DNA of 64,000 nt from NCBI RefSeq assembly GCF_018977255.1, contig NW_024704742.1:56484001-56548000 (forward strand), in the 5' to 3' direction. The translations under genes and the position numbers were made by a program. This document shows, in pieces, positions 1 through 12,872 of this stretch (position 1 is the stretch's first letter; the number at the start of each line of letters is the position of its first letter). The stretch comes from Callorhinchus milii. Its lineage: Eukaryota. The notes under the pieces were generated by a model, which worked only from the letters and a program-made list of their open reading frames with translations, searched no databases and was not told the DNA's origin.

Positions 1-147
1 TAAATGCATATGGATTTAGTTTACTTGAATTCTCAAGTAAAAATCGCTCAGGCTTGAATTCCTCTGGTTCTGGAAAATATGTAGGATCTCGGTGTAGGAC
101 ATAAGGAACAATAATAGCATTGACTCCTTTGGGAACCTTAAAGCCTC
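1..147 (-). CDS. CYP4V2: CYP4V2 exon 10 (partial, continues beyond window)
   Basis: RGFKVPKGVNAIIVPYVLHRDPTYFPEPEEFKPERFLLENSSKLNPYAF; PERF motif; acceptor cag|; the heme-Cys motif lies outside the window. Confidence 0.95.
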
Positions 148-1131
148 CTGTAAGGTAAAAGTAGTGTGTTAAACAATGCATTATTGATGACATCAGCTTG
201 TGGAAGAAAATTATAAAGAAACTAAAAATTATAGCATGCCTTTAATAACTTATAAAATTAGAAATTATAATAACAATAATCCTTGCATTTGATATAGCAC
301 CTTTTTGTTGGGAGGAAGTCTCAAATCGTTTCACAAGGCTTATTGTAAAGCGCCTTGGGACATTTTCCTGACGTGAAAAGCTTTATACAAATGTAATTTG
401 TTGTTGTTGTAGTGACTGTATTTTTATAATCACTTTATACAGACCACTACAACACGGTTAGCAACAGGAGTCCTGTTGAAAATATCTTAACTTCATACAG
501 AATTTGGAATTCATGTAGTATAAGCTGACACTCCAATACAATGCATGAGTGTGCTGCAATGTTGGAGGTGGATGAGATGTTAAACTTTAATGTCTGCCTG
601 TTCAGATGGACATTAAAGATCCCATGATACTATTCAAAAAGAGAAGCGAGTTTCTCCCGGTGTACTGGTCAACAAATCCCCCAGATAAAACAAACATCTA
701 ATTGAACCAATGGCACCTCCAGCGATGTAGCACACCCCCAGCATGAGAATATAGGGTAAAATTAGACAATATTAGTTCAAAGTTTCAACGAGGAGCTTGA
801 ATCTACAATCTTCTGACTCATACAGAAGTGCCACCAACTGAGCCAGGCTGACACAACTGACACAGCCTGATAATTTATAGTAACATGTTGTGGAGCAATT
901 TGAGACATCCTCCTGAAGTGAAAGGCACTATACAAATGTAATTTGTTGTTTTGTTGAAAGTATTATTAAAATCCCTTTGCTTTGTGCCTTCTCTCAGTTT
1001 TCAAAACTCTCACATCCCTTGTCTCTTTGACCGTTGCATTTGATAATCTCCCAAACCCCCTCCCTAATACCCCAAATTCTCAAGCTTGGCCAGTGCTTTC
1101 CACATGTGATCAAACAAACAAAGAAACTTAC

Positions 1132-1266
1132 TGATATAGCAATCCTCACATAGAGTACGCGCAAAAAATGGGACAGAGGGGAACAGGCGCAGAGATTCCT
1201 TGATAACACACTGAAGAAAGTGTAGATTTTTTAGATCCTCCATTGTAACAGCACGATCAGAATTAC
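1132..1266 (-). CDS. CYP4V2: CYP4V2 exon 9 (135 nt)
   Basis: [46 protein letters not shown]-helix ExxR; cag| and |gtaagt. Confidence 0.96.
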
Positions 1267-1745
1267 CTGATGGAGAACACAATCAAATCTAAATTACTAT
1301 GATGTAAATTATAGGACAAATCAATCTTACAAAGACATTTGATAAAAACATGTACAAGCTGTTTATTACACTTAAATCTAAGCTTTTACTGAAATGTATT
1401 ACTAATGTATATTATTTAGATGAAAAAGCTTAATTAAATCAAACACAATTGCAAAATGAATCCAAACAAAGTACTGTATTGGTGGGTTTATCTGAAAGAA
1501 TTATTTGCTCAATGAAACAAGGGAATCAAAATATGAGAATATTGCACTCTTTTCTGATTTCTAAATTCATTGCTAACTCACATCCCCAGGGTAAATAATA
1601 TTAGGAAAAGAACAAACTTACATTGGGCACTAATAGGATTTCATTATTATAGTCACATTTCGGCAAAGGTGCTACACATAAGACTGACTGAAATTTGTAC
1701 TCTAAAGTCCATAAATAGTAATCACCCCAGTGAGTCTGACCTTAC

Positions 1746-1848
1746 CAAATACATCATCCAGCTCTTTGTGTACCTTCTTCAGAACATTAGGATGAGATCC
1801 TAAGAGGTGGAGAGTCCAGTTTAAGGCAGCAGCTGTTGTATCATGACC
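1746..1848 (-). CDS. CYP4V2: CYP4V2 exon 8 (103 nt)
   Basis: [34 protein letters not shown]; completes the CYP4 I-helix FEGHDTT motif; cag| and |gtaagg. Confidence 0.96.
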
Positions 1849-2189
1849 CTGAACAAAAAGAGAAAAAAAACCAATTGTATGAACATATAAATCTTCTGCC
1901 AGAGTATTATTAATTTAGAACTACCAGCATAACAAATACACAGTAGGGGTGGTTGCCATAAGCACTGTGCAAGATGATGTCTCAACTCACATGTAGAACA
2001 ACTATCAGAGGGCTGAAAATGTGCCATTCACAAACCAAACATTCTATCTCAACTGATGTTTTGCATTTGATTTGTTGCTCAAGTCAGAAAAGGTTTGAAA
2101 ATTGAGACAAAGGTCAAAAAATGCTGGCCACAACATGTCCTTCGCCAACATTTGGGATCATGAGGCAAGGTGTGGTGAGGCAATGCAGG

Positions 2190-2770
2190 GATTTGAACTT
2201 GAGGATTCAGATCTGGAGTTTGATCTGCTGGGGGATGGGAAGCCAGTGGAGCAGAGCAGAGCCCATTGTGGGAGAGGACATGGACTGCTGGGTTCTGCAT
2301 TGTCTTTAGCTTGTGTAGGAAGGAGTTGGGGAGTCCAACGAGAAAGGTGTTGGAATAATTGTACCTGGATGTCATGAAACCTTGGATGAGAGCAGTGAGA
2401 GCCCAAGCTGGAAGAACAGTTGGGCCCAAACATGACAACAAGGTTATGCACCGGTTCCGTGGGATGGAGTAAACATTAACACAGACCGATGCAGTCAGCG
2501 CCTAAAGTGGGATGCTGCTAAATGGAGTTGAGGAGGAGAGGCTCTGTCTTGTCTAGATTCAATTGAAGAAAATTAGAGCTCATCCAGGACTTAATGTCTG
2601 ACAGTCAGACAGTATTGGGTCCTGGAATCAACAGTAGAGGCAGAGATATAGATTTGGGAATCAAATGCATATATGTAGAAATAGACCCCATACCTGGGGA
2701 TGGTATCACCCTGTAGGAGCATATAGATAGTGAAAAGGAACAGACTAAGCCTCGAGGAAGGATCTCCAAG
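2190..2770 (-). mobile_element. Degenerate L2 RT/C-terminal fragment
   Basis: LFLFTIYMLL...YIYAFDSQIYIS and FMTSRYNYSNTFLVGLPNSFLHKL. Confidence 0.8.
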
Positions 2771-2992
2771 ATAAAGACAAATGAATCCCATCATTGTTCA
2801 AGTTTTAGCAGTGTATAACTATATGGAGATAAGGGATTAGGCCATAACTTTTAAGGTATTGGATACTGTGAGAGTTAACAGCAGCTTCCAAGATGTGAGA
2901 AAGTATAGAACTAAAGGTACTAAGAGCTAACTTTGAAGAGTGTCTGATCAAACAGAAAGCATGGCATTTCTTTGAACAAGAGGATATGTTAC

Positions 2993-3187
2993 CTCAAACA
3001 TAATTGTGTCCACTTCTTCCCTGATATCCTGATGGCTCAGCTTCTTCCCATTTTCGTCAGTCACACTGAGAATCAAGTCAAGAAAGGCCTTACGCTTCTT
3101 TTTGCTCTTTGAATTGGAGTCTAAATCGAAACCCGAATGGTTGGATTCCACATGAGTCTCCATTTCACGAACCCTCTCAGCGATCAC
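2993..3187 (-). CDS. CYP4V2: CYP4V2 exon 7 (195 nt)
   Basis: VIAERVREM...[35 protein letters not shown]; tag| and |gtaaca. Confidence 0.95.
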
Positions 3188-3451
3188 CTAACAATGAGAA
3201 TCAAAGATTTAGCAGAAACTCAGGACTCAACTTTCTCAGCTTTTTTTAAAACTTGAACTTCTGAGAGACAGAGAGGCAGTGCCTATGTTCATAGATTTCA
3301 GAATTGAAAATGGTGTGCGAATGGGTTCCAGGAACTGCATCTCCACGTCTATTCAGTGCACTAATTGTCAACTGGATCGCTAAACTAACTCTATTGATTC
3401 TGTTATGAGCAAAGGAAGAAAATAAATGAAAGTTTAAGCGGTGGTTCCAAC

Positions 3452-3578
3452 CTTTTCTGTGAAGGAATGCAGGATTCTCAGATTATGGTTATGCTCCTTT
3501 CCTTCTCCAAATGTATTGTACACAAAATCCAGCCAAAACCAGGGCATCTTTTGTCTGCGTTGAATTAAATCACTCATC
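3452..3578 (-). CDS. CYP4V2: CYP4V2 exon 6 (127 nt)
   Basis: MSDLIQRRQKMPWFWLDFVYNTFGEGKEHNHNLRILHSFTEK; tag| and |gttgga. Confidence 0.94.
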
Positions 3579-5235
3579 CTAGATGAAGAAAAAAAATTAG
3601 CTTCATATAATAGGATGTCTAATTACATTCCCCAGAAGGTTCATATTATCAATTGTTTACTACTTTTTAAAAACAGAGTGATCTTTGCCTGGAGTCATAG
3701 TCAAAGCACAACGACATTCCCCCATATCTTAGAAATGATAGATCGGCAAATTTGAAGGAGCTGTTAGACAGGTCTGCAGAAGTCAGTGTTTCCCCCTAAT
3801 GTATAATTGTTACAAACAGAAATTAGGGTTTAAAAAAAATAACCTCACCAAGATTGAAAAAAGGTGTAGGTAAATTAAGATGTTACAGTTTAAGTGACAC
3901 CAATCTTGGTTTTAAATGACTCCAGATTGTATGCGGAAGAGAATGCCGGGGAAAGATAGAATGAAGAAGGGCAGCAATTTTGGAGCATGGACGAAAGGAA
4001 GAAGGAATTTTCCTTAAAAAAAAGTGTTATTGCTTCCACCTGATGATTGTTGCTGCTAAGTAAGCATCAGGGCTAGTGACAATGAGATACAGCAATATCA
4101 GGGATATTGCACCACCATGTGGCGCTCTGAACACTGCTGGTTGCTACAGCACCACCAAGTGACTAAAGTTGGAAACATCACAACGTTTCAGGGCACATTT
4201 CAGCTAGCTTTTCTGGTATGGTATGTTGTCCTCTCACTGACTGGTCAATGTCATATCATTCTGATCAGTATTGTGTACATTTGAAATACTTTATTTTCTT
4301 TTCTGCCAATTTTTCTTGTTGTTTCTCACTCTCCTTAACCCTTCTCTTAAATTATATTCCTCAGCGTTTTTACACAACTTCTCCATCTGCACCTCATTCA
4401 TCACTTACTGTTTTGTTCTCTCCCACATTGCACAATGCTTTTTCTGTATCTCATATTGGTGTGGGTTCTCCAATATTAGCTTGATAAATGTCATAATGTA
4501 AAAGAAAGCTTTCATAAAATATAAAATTAAAGGCTTTCTGGTTTTGAGAAAAACAAGCATCCAATGGCATACTTTAATCAATCTAGTCTAAGAGTTATGC
4601 ATGCAATTTCACTAAGCAACTTACTTTTAAACAAAGCACAAGAGTCTTGTGGTACTCACTTCAGTCAATTAACCTTCAATAAAACCAATGTAGCACTTAT
4701 GATCAGGCTGCTTGTTTGATCACACATATTATGCAGCATGAATTATTTTCCCAAAGATTTTAACAAGGGTCCACTTGGCTCAGGCAAACTGTTACCAAGT
4801 GTGAATTAAGTATTGCCATTGGATAGAAAATAAAGTCCTTAACTAGCATACCAACCCGCTGCTTCATTCCTCCTACCTAACTGTCCCATCATCAGTGGCG
4901 AGCTTTCAGCCATTCTGACCCCAATCTCTGGAATTCCATCCCAGAGTCCCACTAATTTACTCCCTTCCTTTCCCATTTTCAAAGTCTGCTTCATGGCTTA
5001 TCTCTTTGAAGGCTCATTGAATCATCTTCCCACAACCCCTTTCTGCTCCCCCCACTCTGGCTCAGGTGCCCAGCCAGCTGTGTAAAGCACTTTGAGACAT
5101 CCTCCCGACATAAAAGATGCTATAAACATTTCAATTGTATTACTGTATTGTATTGTATTACACCCTTCTCTGGGTTACACAGTGTGCAATAAAGCAATGA
5201 TTCTTATATAAATATAAGGAAGACAATACATTTAC

Positions 5236-5305
5236 CTGTAGATTGCCTGAATGTATTCAGATTCACTGTTTTCCTGAGCATGGATTTTCTTGCCCATGGC
5301 AGTTT
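5236..5305 (-). CDS. CYP4V2: CYP4V2 exon 5 (70 nt)
   Basis: ETAMGKKIHAQENSESEYIQAIYR; cag| and |gtaaat. Confidence 0.95.
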
Positions 5306-5890
5306 CTGAAACAAACCACACAAAATAAAGACCTTGTATGAAAAGACCAAATCCCTACTCACCAGCTCAGGAACGGAAGAGACCTCTCTAATCATTTAGC
5401 AAATAATCTGTGATGTTGAAAGACTGAAAAGTCAACAGGACAATTCCCTCAGTCTGTCAAATCCATTATTTCTATTTGAGAAAAGTGCTTGAGGATTTTG
5501 TGGAGCCTGTGGGAGAGGGAGGCTTTGCTGCTCTGTGGGAAGTCCACCACAGCCCAAGTGGGGGTGGTCTTTAGTCACGTTATCTAATGTCCTGAGGGAC
5601 ACCCAAAGAATGGCACCTCAAACAATGCAGCACTCTTTCAGCGCTGAATTAGAGTTTCAGCCCAGATTGTACCTTCAAACTCCAGTCATTTACTCCAGAC
5701 ACTCCAATACGGGACTAGGGGTTTGCTGCAATTTCAGAGGTGCCGTCCTTTAGATAATAATCCTTGTATTTGATATAGCGCTTTTCACGTCTTCTAGACA
5801 TCTCAGATGAGACATTAAACCATCTTTAAAGTTAAAGTTCCCATTGCTCTATTCGAAAAAGAGAAGGGGTTTTCTCTTGGCGTCCTGGCC

Positions 5891-6490
5891 AACAACAATA
5901 ACATTACATTTGTATAGCTCCTTTCACGTTGGGAGGACGTCCCAAGGCGCAGGTCAATCAATGTTTCGGACCCGAGCTAGGGGTCAGGATTGGGAGTGCA
6001 GGGAGTGGAAGGAGGGTGACCAAAGGCATGGTTGAAGAGGAGAGTCTTGAGATGGGTCTTGAAGGAGGCATGGGAGGGAGCGAGGCGGTGGGACTGCGGG
6101 ATGGAGTTCCAGATGGTGGAGGCAGAGGGGACATTGAGCGGAAGGAGTAGGCAGATTGGTCGGGGATTAGAAACCTGCAGAGGTAGGGGGGAGCAAGGCC
6201 ATAGAGGGCTTTGAAGGTGAGGACCAGGATCTTGAACTGTATCCTCTGTGTGATGGGAAGCTAATGGAGTCAGGCGAAAATGGGTCACAGAGCCTGGTGC
6301 AGGAGAGGACAAGGGCTGCAGTGTTCTGGATGATCTGCAGCCTATGGAGGGAGGAGTTGGGGAGGCTGACAAGCAGGGAGTTTGCATAGTTGAGCCTGTA
6401 TGTTATGAATGTGTGTATGAAGGTCTTGGCGGCCTGCAGTTTGAGATAGTGATGGAGCTGGGCGATGTTGCGGAAGTGGGGAAGGCAGAA
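5891..6490 (-). mobile_element. L2 3' fragment
   Basis: HFRNIAQLHHYL...FITYRLNYANSLLVSLPNSSLHRLQIIQN; tail at 5891-5950. Confidence 0.88.
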
Positions 6491-6727
6491 AAAGAGAAGT
6501 GAGTTTTTCTTGGTGTCCTGGCCAACAATCTCCCAAATAAAATTGGTCACTCATTTCATAGTTTTTTGTGGGACATTGTTGTGCGCAATTGTGCTGCTGC
6601 ATTTGCCTATAAATACAGTCACTCCATTTCACAGTAATTCATGTGAATTGCTTTGAGATGTCCTTCTGCCATGATAAGGATCTACACTAAACGCAAGGAT
6701 TATTATTAATTGTTGCTGAATACTGAC

Positions 6728-6918
6728 CACAGATGATGTCCAAGGCACAGAGTGTGATTTTATTGAAACAGTTAAAGACTCCCTTTCCAGCTTTCGCCTC
6801 CAGCTTTTCAAGCAAAATATTGGTTTGTTCATTCATGACCTCCAGAAATTCCGTCAAAATGGAAAAGTGAAATGCTGGGGTGAGCATTTTTCTCCTCCTA
6901 CGCCATTTATCGCCAGTA
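6728..6918 (-). CDS. CYP4V2: CYP4V2 exon 4 (191 nt)
   Basis: [31 protein letters not shown]...LCALDIIC; C-helix WxxxR motif; tag| and |gtcagt. Confidence 0.96.
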
Positions 6919-9046
6919 CTATAAAACAAAGATGAAGGCAATGTTTATTCAGGCATGCATAATTATACAGTATACCAACATGGGTCGTCACAATAAAGTA
7001 ATCATCTTTCTCACAAAATACATTGTATTCTGTTCGACAACTGTGAAGCATCTTAAAATGGGGTAATTAGTACAAGTAATATGATAATTTATTCCGGTGA
7101 TTTATCAATTCATCAGAAATTCATCCCCTGTTGACGGCTCAGTTAATATTTGGTCAGCATTCCTCCAACTCCTTCAAAATAATTGGGTCTGATGCTAGGC
7201 ACCACTGAAACTCTTAACTGTGGCAATTTAACACCAGTTTTGTCAACTCATTTTGGTTCAACTCAACTTTAAAATTCTCAGCAGTCAGGTGCAACTAATG
7301 GTGTAATGGGTAAAGGTAGTGCTTAATGTAACCTGTCCTATAGTAAACTATCAATACAATTTTAAAAGCAACAAATCTTCTCTACCCTTCAATTAAATTC
7401 TTTATGAAATAGCTAATAATTCCCTCTTGAATTTGCAATCTGCCTTTATCACCTCCTTGGTTTGTGTATCTTTAGGGTGGTGGGTCGGGGGGGGGGGGGG
7501 GGAGTGGGGTAATCAACCAATATTCTGAGATAACACCTTGCTGTGAAGGGCACCATATAAATGCAAGCTGTTGTTTGTTGTTGTAAATGATGGGACCAGT
7601 TGGTTGCCTGAATTAGCTGTTCTTATTCTAAAGCTGAGTGAAGAACATTATGTTACCACACTGACACATTTTCACTTGTTGATAAATCCAGATCAAGGGT
7701 GCAGCACATCTAAAGCAGATTTTCAGGTACCTCTTTATACAGAGGGTGGGGAGAATATGGAACTCACTACTGGAAACTGTGCTACTTACAGAAAGCATCA
7801 ACATATTTAAAAGGAAATGTGATGCATACATGAGGGAGAAGGGAATATAGAGGTACAGGACAGGGGATTAGGACGGATGGAGATTCAAGTGGAGTGTAAA
7901 CATTGGCATGGATTAGTTGGGCCGAATGGCCTTTTCCCATGCTGTAACAGTCTATGTAAATCAACAGTATTCAACGTAATTCAGAGGTATGTGAAACCTC
8001 TTGCAGTTCAATCAAATTTAAAAATCATGTTGTTTATCTCTTCATTTTACAAAAGAATGTATACAGGATGCAGATCATAGAGATTCATTTCTGCATAAAA
8101 TGGGGAGGGGGCAGTGGTGGGCAATAAAACACAGGATGCTATGTTATTGAAAATAATATTAAACACAATAGCCACAATACTTGAAAGCTAGTGTGCCATT
8201 TCAACATATCCATAACCTAGCAACCTGCCATACAAACTAGACAAACTGGACTTTCAACCCACTACTTTCTAAACTTGAGGCACAATAAAACATAATCATG
8301 AAAATTTACCTTTTACCTATTTGGCCTCTGAAAGAGATCCATTTAATTCCACTACCCTTAATACATTTTGTTTTCAATTATTTGCCTAAAGGGTATCCGA
8401 GTGACAATCTTCCAGATAAAGTTAATCATTCACTTCAACAACAAGATTCCATTTATAGAGCGCCGTTCACGTCGGGAGGACGTCCCAAGGCGCTGTACAG
8501 TTGGGTCAGGACCCGAGCAGAGGGGAAATGGTCAGGGTGAGGGGAGGGAAGGGAGGGAGCGAGGAGGGGGTAGAGAGTCGAGAGGGGAGCTGAAGGCACG
8601 GTCAAAGAGACTTGATGACTGTTTGTGGGAGAATACTATGTGCAAATTGGCTGCTGTGCTTTCCTACAAATACACAGTCAGTATACTTCACAGTTAATCC
8701 TGTGAAGCCCTTTGAGACATCCTCCAGATGCAAAAGGTACTATATAAAATGCAAAGACTATAATTATTATTATTATAATTCTCTTTTAAAAAACACAATT
8801 ACAGATTCTGCTTTAACCAGCAATTTTGTAAGGCATTCCATGTTGGAATGACTATGCAAAACAATATAATTGATAATCTATCTCTTTGTTTTTATTTTGT
8901 TTTCATTAACACTACAGAATTTTATAACACTTTGCTTTGATCTAAAAAAAAGCAACATATGATGATATAAAATAATGAATGGCAACTGTAATAGCATCTG
9001 AGTGCTTTTCCGATGTGAAAGGCGCTATACAAATGTAATCGTGTTG

Positions 9047-9050
<4 letters not shown>

Positions 9051-9093
<43 letters not shown>
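9051..9093. repeat. (AAT)n microsatellite
   Basis: About 14 perfect AAT units. Confidence 0.95.
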
Positions 9094-9293
9094 TTCAGCA
9101 GTGCTACTTTAGCTGTGGTTCTGGTGAGAAAAAGTTTGAATACAAATAAATATTCCCCTAAGTAATCATTGGTGAGGGAGGTACCAACTTTCTGTGTCAC
9201 TAAACTAAAAGATCACTGACATTACATTGAGTTCACTAACTGCTGTATGAGAGTGTCTGACTGAGCAGGAGTTATCGGATACATTTTCAGTAC

Positions 9294-9379
9294 CTTGTCA
9301 GCAGACCAGTGCCAAGCCAGGGTTGTAGAAACGTGTATGCATACGACTTATCAAGATGCTTGGAGCTGCTCAGAATCTT
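9294..9379 (-). CDS. CYP4V2: CYP4V2 exon 3 (86 nt)
   Basis: [29 protein letters not shown]; tag| and |gtactg; not in ORF track because it is short. Confidence 0.95.
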
Positions 9380-10225
9380 CTAAAGAATAAGAATATACTG
9401 TTAATTCCTACAATGATTGATTGCACTTTTAAGGTCTTCAACAACAAATTTCAACCAGATTCCCTTTCACAAAGTTACATGTCTCAAGGTATTTCACAAA
9501 GAGGTAGCACGTGAGTCCAAACAGGTTGGGAAATGGGGGAGTAGGAGAGGGGACCAAAGAGCAGTCAAACAGATAGGGATTTAGAAAAAGAGTTTATAGG
9601 TGGAGAGGGAGGGTGCAAAGTGAAAGGCTTTAGGGAGATATTTTCAGGTTTCAGTTGACAGAATGGAAGGGGCAGGGGAATTTGACCGCAGGAGATCACA
9701 GAGTGGTACAAGGTTGTACAAATATATCATAAAGTTATATCAAGTATCCTAAAGTCAATCTGCTGAGGATTAGGGAGCCCGTGTAACCAGGCAGAGAAGA
9801 GGATATGGGCTGATTAATAATATATATGATTAATAAAGCAAGAAACATAAAATATGGAAGAGTCTGTTCCAATTTTTCAAATCCACAGCTATAATCAGCC
9901 TTTACCCAATTGCTACCGTTCACTTACATCACTGTCTAGATCGGGCAGGTTAAATAGCTGCAACTGAACTAACTTCCCCATCCAACTTAAAGAGCAATTT
10001 GGAGCTCACAGTAAATCTTCCCCGAGCAAGAATTTAGATGAAGCTGTTGAGTCAACTCAGCTTCAAAAGACAAAACAAATATTACCACTTATGAAGCTGA
10101 TAAACATTTTAACTTTTTATCCGCCGAGTACCAAAAATAAAGTCAATAATCCTTGTATTTGATTTAGTTCTTTATCCCATTGTCACAAAACCTCAAAGCA
10201 CATCACAGGATATACTCAAAAGTGG

Positions 10226-10731
10226 AACAAAAACAGAAGTTGCTGGGAACACTCAGCAGATCAGGCAGCATCTATGGAGAAAGAAAAGTGAGTCAACGTT
10301 TCAAGTCCACGGTCCTTCATCAGACCTGGGGCATGTTGGGAGGCTTTTAAGGGCTAACAGAGAGGGGGGAGGCAGGGCAAGGAAGACAAAGGAGAAAATT
10401 GGGGAGAGGTAGATGACAGGGGATGACAGGTTAAAGAGGTGTTAATAATGCAAAACAAAAGGGGAGGGGAAATTGCAACAAAATAGGCAGACCAGAGAGA
10501 GAAAAGGTGTGTCGGGGCACAAGATGATGTGGTAATGGTCACAGAAGAGGGGGAGGGGGAAGGTGAGCTGTTATGGTCTGAAATTATTGAAATCAATATT
10601 GAGGCCAGAGGGCTGTAAGGTACCAAGAAATTAAATGAGGTGCTGTTCCTCGAGCTTGCGCTGTGGCTCATTGGAAAAGCATAGGAGACCATGGATGGAG
10701 AGGTCAGAGTGAGAGGGAGAATTGAAATGGC
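10226..10731 (-). mobile_element. Penelope-like element 3' remnant: GIY-YIG endonuclease C-terminus plus terminal repeat with degenerate hammerhead
   Basis: 10729..10571 translates HFNSPSHSDLSIHGLLCFSNEPQRKLEEQHLI*FLGTLQPSGLNIDFNNFRP*, typical PLE C-terminus (L-TLQP-GLN); downstream CTGATGA...GAAACGTT at 10323..10295. Confidence 0.85.
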
Positions 10732-11377
10732 TCCAAAGTGGTATGATTGTGTGTACTTAGTGGGTGAAACTATTTTCGTGAGTGTGAACACTGCAAAAAT
10801 TTGCTAAATCTCAGATATCCTGCTTGTTTTGTTTTCTTTATTTAAGTGTTTTAATCTCTACAACCTGCAAGTGCAAGGTAGGTTCAGTAAATGTTGGCTT
10901 TTTCAATATTAACGCAAGTATGAAAAAGTATGATATGAAATTGATATTCACAATTGCTCAGGTTACTTAGGCTACTGGACTGCACTCTGAAAAGACCAGG
11001 ATATGGTCGATAAGAATGAGAGCAAAGCATGCCAAGCTCAGTAGAAGAGTTCCGTATTCATTATTTGTCATCAGTTTTCTTATATTAAGCATTATTGTTG
11101 CTACTGCGAATGCAGCAATACAATGAGAACAGGGTGATGTAATAATAGTAATAATAATCCTTGCATTTGATATAGCGCCTTATCACGTTTTCTACACTTC
11201 TCAAAGAGCTGTATGTACTGAGATGGCTTTCTCTCCTGGTGTCCTGGCCTGCAATCCTCCAGGCAAACCGATCCTTGCTTGTGGAGCCTTGCTTTGTGCA
11301 ATTGGGTTGCAAAGTCTGCCTATTAAAAACATCGGTGCACATAACAGTACTGTTTGAGAAGTTTTCATGCAACAAGG

Positions 11378-11923
11378 GTGCTATAATAATGTAGGCTGGC
11401 TGATCCCTCCTCATTGGTCTCCGCCCCTCCACTATTCACAAAATCCAGCTCTTTCAAAACTCCGCCGCCCGGATTCTCACCCGCACAAAACTTCGTACCC
11501 CGATTACTCCAGTTCTTGCCAAACTCCACTGGCTCCCTGTCACAGAGTGAATCAACTTCAAGATCCTCACTCCAGTGTTTAAATCCCTCCATTCCTTGGC
11601 ACCCTCCTATTTCTCTAACCTCCTCTCGCCCCACAATAGTACCCGCTGCCTCCACTCTACTCGTCCCCCGAATCCTCCGCTCCACCATCGGCAGCCATGC
11701 CTCCAGCCACTACGCCACAAAACCTTGGAACTCTCTCCCTCAACCCTTTGCCTGGCCCCCTCCTTCCCCATCTTCAGCTCGCGCCAGAAGACCTTCCTTT
11801 TCGATCACGCCTCCGGTCACCTTGCCCCTCACCCAGGTTCGGCCTTGGGCTCCACCATTGTTAAGTGCTCTGAGACGCCGCCCAGGGTGGAGGGCATTAT
11901 ATAAGTGCAAGTTGTTGTTGTTG
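11378..11923 (+). mobile_element. L2 3' fragment
   Basis: FKSLHSLAPSYFSNLL...KTFLFDHA; (TTG)n tail near 11910. Confidence 0.88.
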
Positions 11924-12370
11924 GTAGCAGTCTTGCTTCTGGGTCAGAAGATTCAGGACCACATCAGGACTGCAACTCACGTAGTCTAAGCTGACACTCC
12001 AATGCAGTGCTGGGGCAGGGAGATGGTGTTGTCTTCTCAGAGGTGCGTCCTTCTGCTTAGATATTAAACCTGTCCTGTCTGCCTGTTCAGGTAGACCTTT
12101 AATGTCCCATGACACTATTCGAAAAGAGAAGGGAGTTTTTCCCAGTGTTCTGGCAAATTGTTCATTTGTTTCATTAGACATGTTTATGGGACATGAATTG
12201 CCAGGTTCACCTCACATTGGGAGGACATCCCAAAGCGCTTCACCATAAATCCTGTGAAGCGCTTTGGGAAGTCCTCCCAAAGTGAAAGGTGCTATATCAA
12301 ATGCAAGGATTATTATTATATTGCTATAAATGCAGTATTTAACATTCAAAACACTTGATCTAAATCTTAC

Positions 12371-12483
12371 CTCCACACACTCAGCATGAAACAACACAAT
12401 GAATGGTAGTGGCCCGAGCCATACCTTCATTAGAGGCTCATCTTTGAACTGATCGATGGACTCCAACAACTGAAGAAAGAAGT
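12371..12483 (-). CDS. CYP4V2: CYP4V2 exon 2 (113 nt)
   Basis: DFFLQLLESIDQFKDEPLMKVWLGPLPFIVLFHAECVE; cag| and |gtaaga splice sites; same length as human exon 2. Confidence 0.95.
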
Positions 12484-12872
12484 CTGAGGAACTCAAAAGA
12501 CAACGTTCCGTTATGTACATAAAATAATAGTTATTCCACAATGACAAATCACTGAGATAAAACTGCAGAATGTTACAGCAGTTGGTGGTAGCGCCTTGGT
12601 TTCATTCTGGCTGAGATTCGATAACTCCGCAAACTTCACAACTTGGGGATTTCTCAGCCACTTATAGGGTCCTCGACTCACTGGATTTATAATGCACGAT
12701 GTGCCATCAGAGCAACCTTACAAACCAATTTGAATCCACTGGTATATGTTTATTTTAAGCGACATACATCAACAAGGAACACATGCTCTATTTTAAAACC
12801 AAGTGACCACCATCACGAAGGTAGTATCATTTGGAAGTGGAGTCTGACCTACTGCAGTACAGTGAGGTCCTT

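Noticed and set aside
4215..4490. Lys/Glu/Arg-rich minus-strand frame reminiscent of a DNA transposase C-terminus
   Set aside because: Many stops and low complexity; cannot be supported without a search
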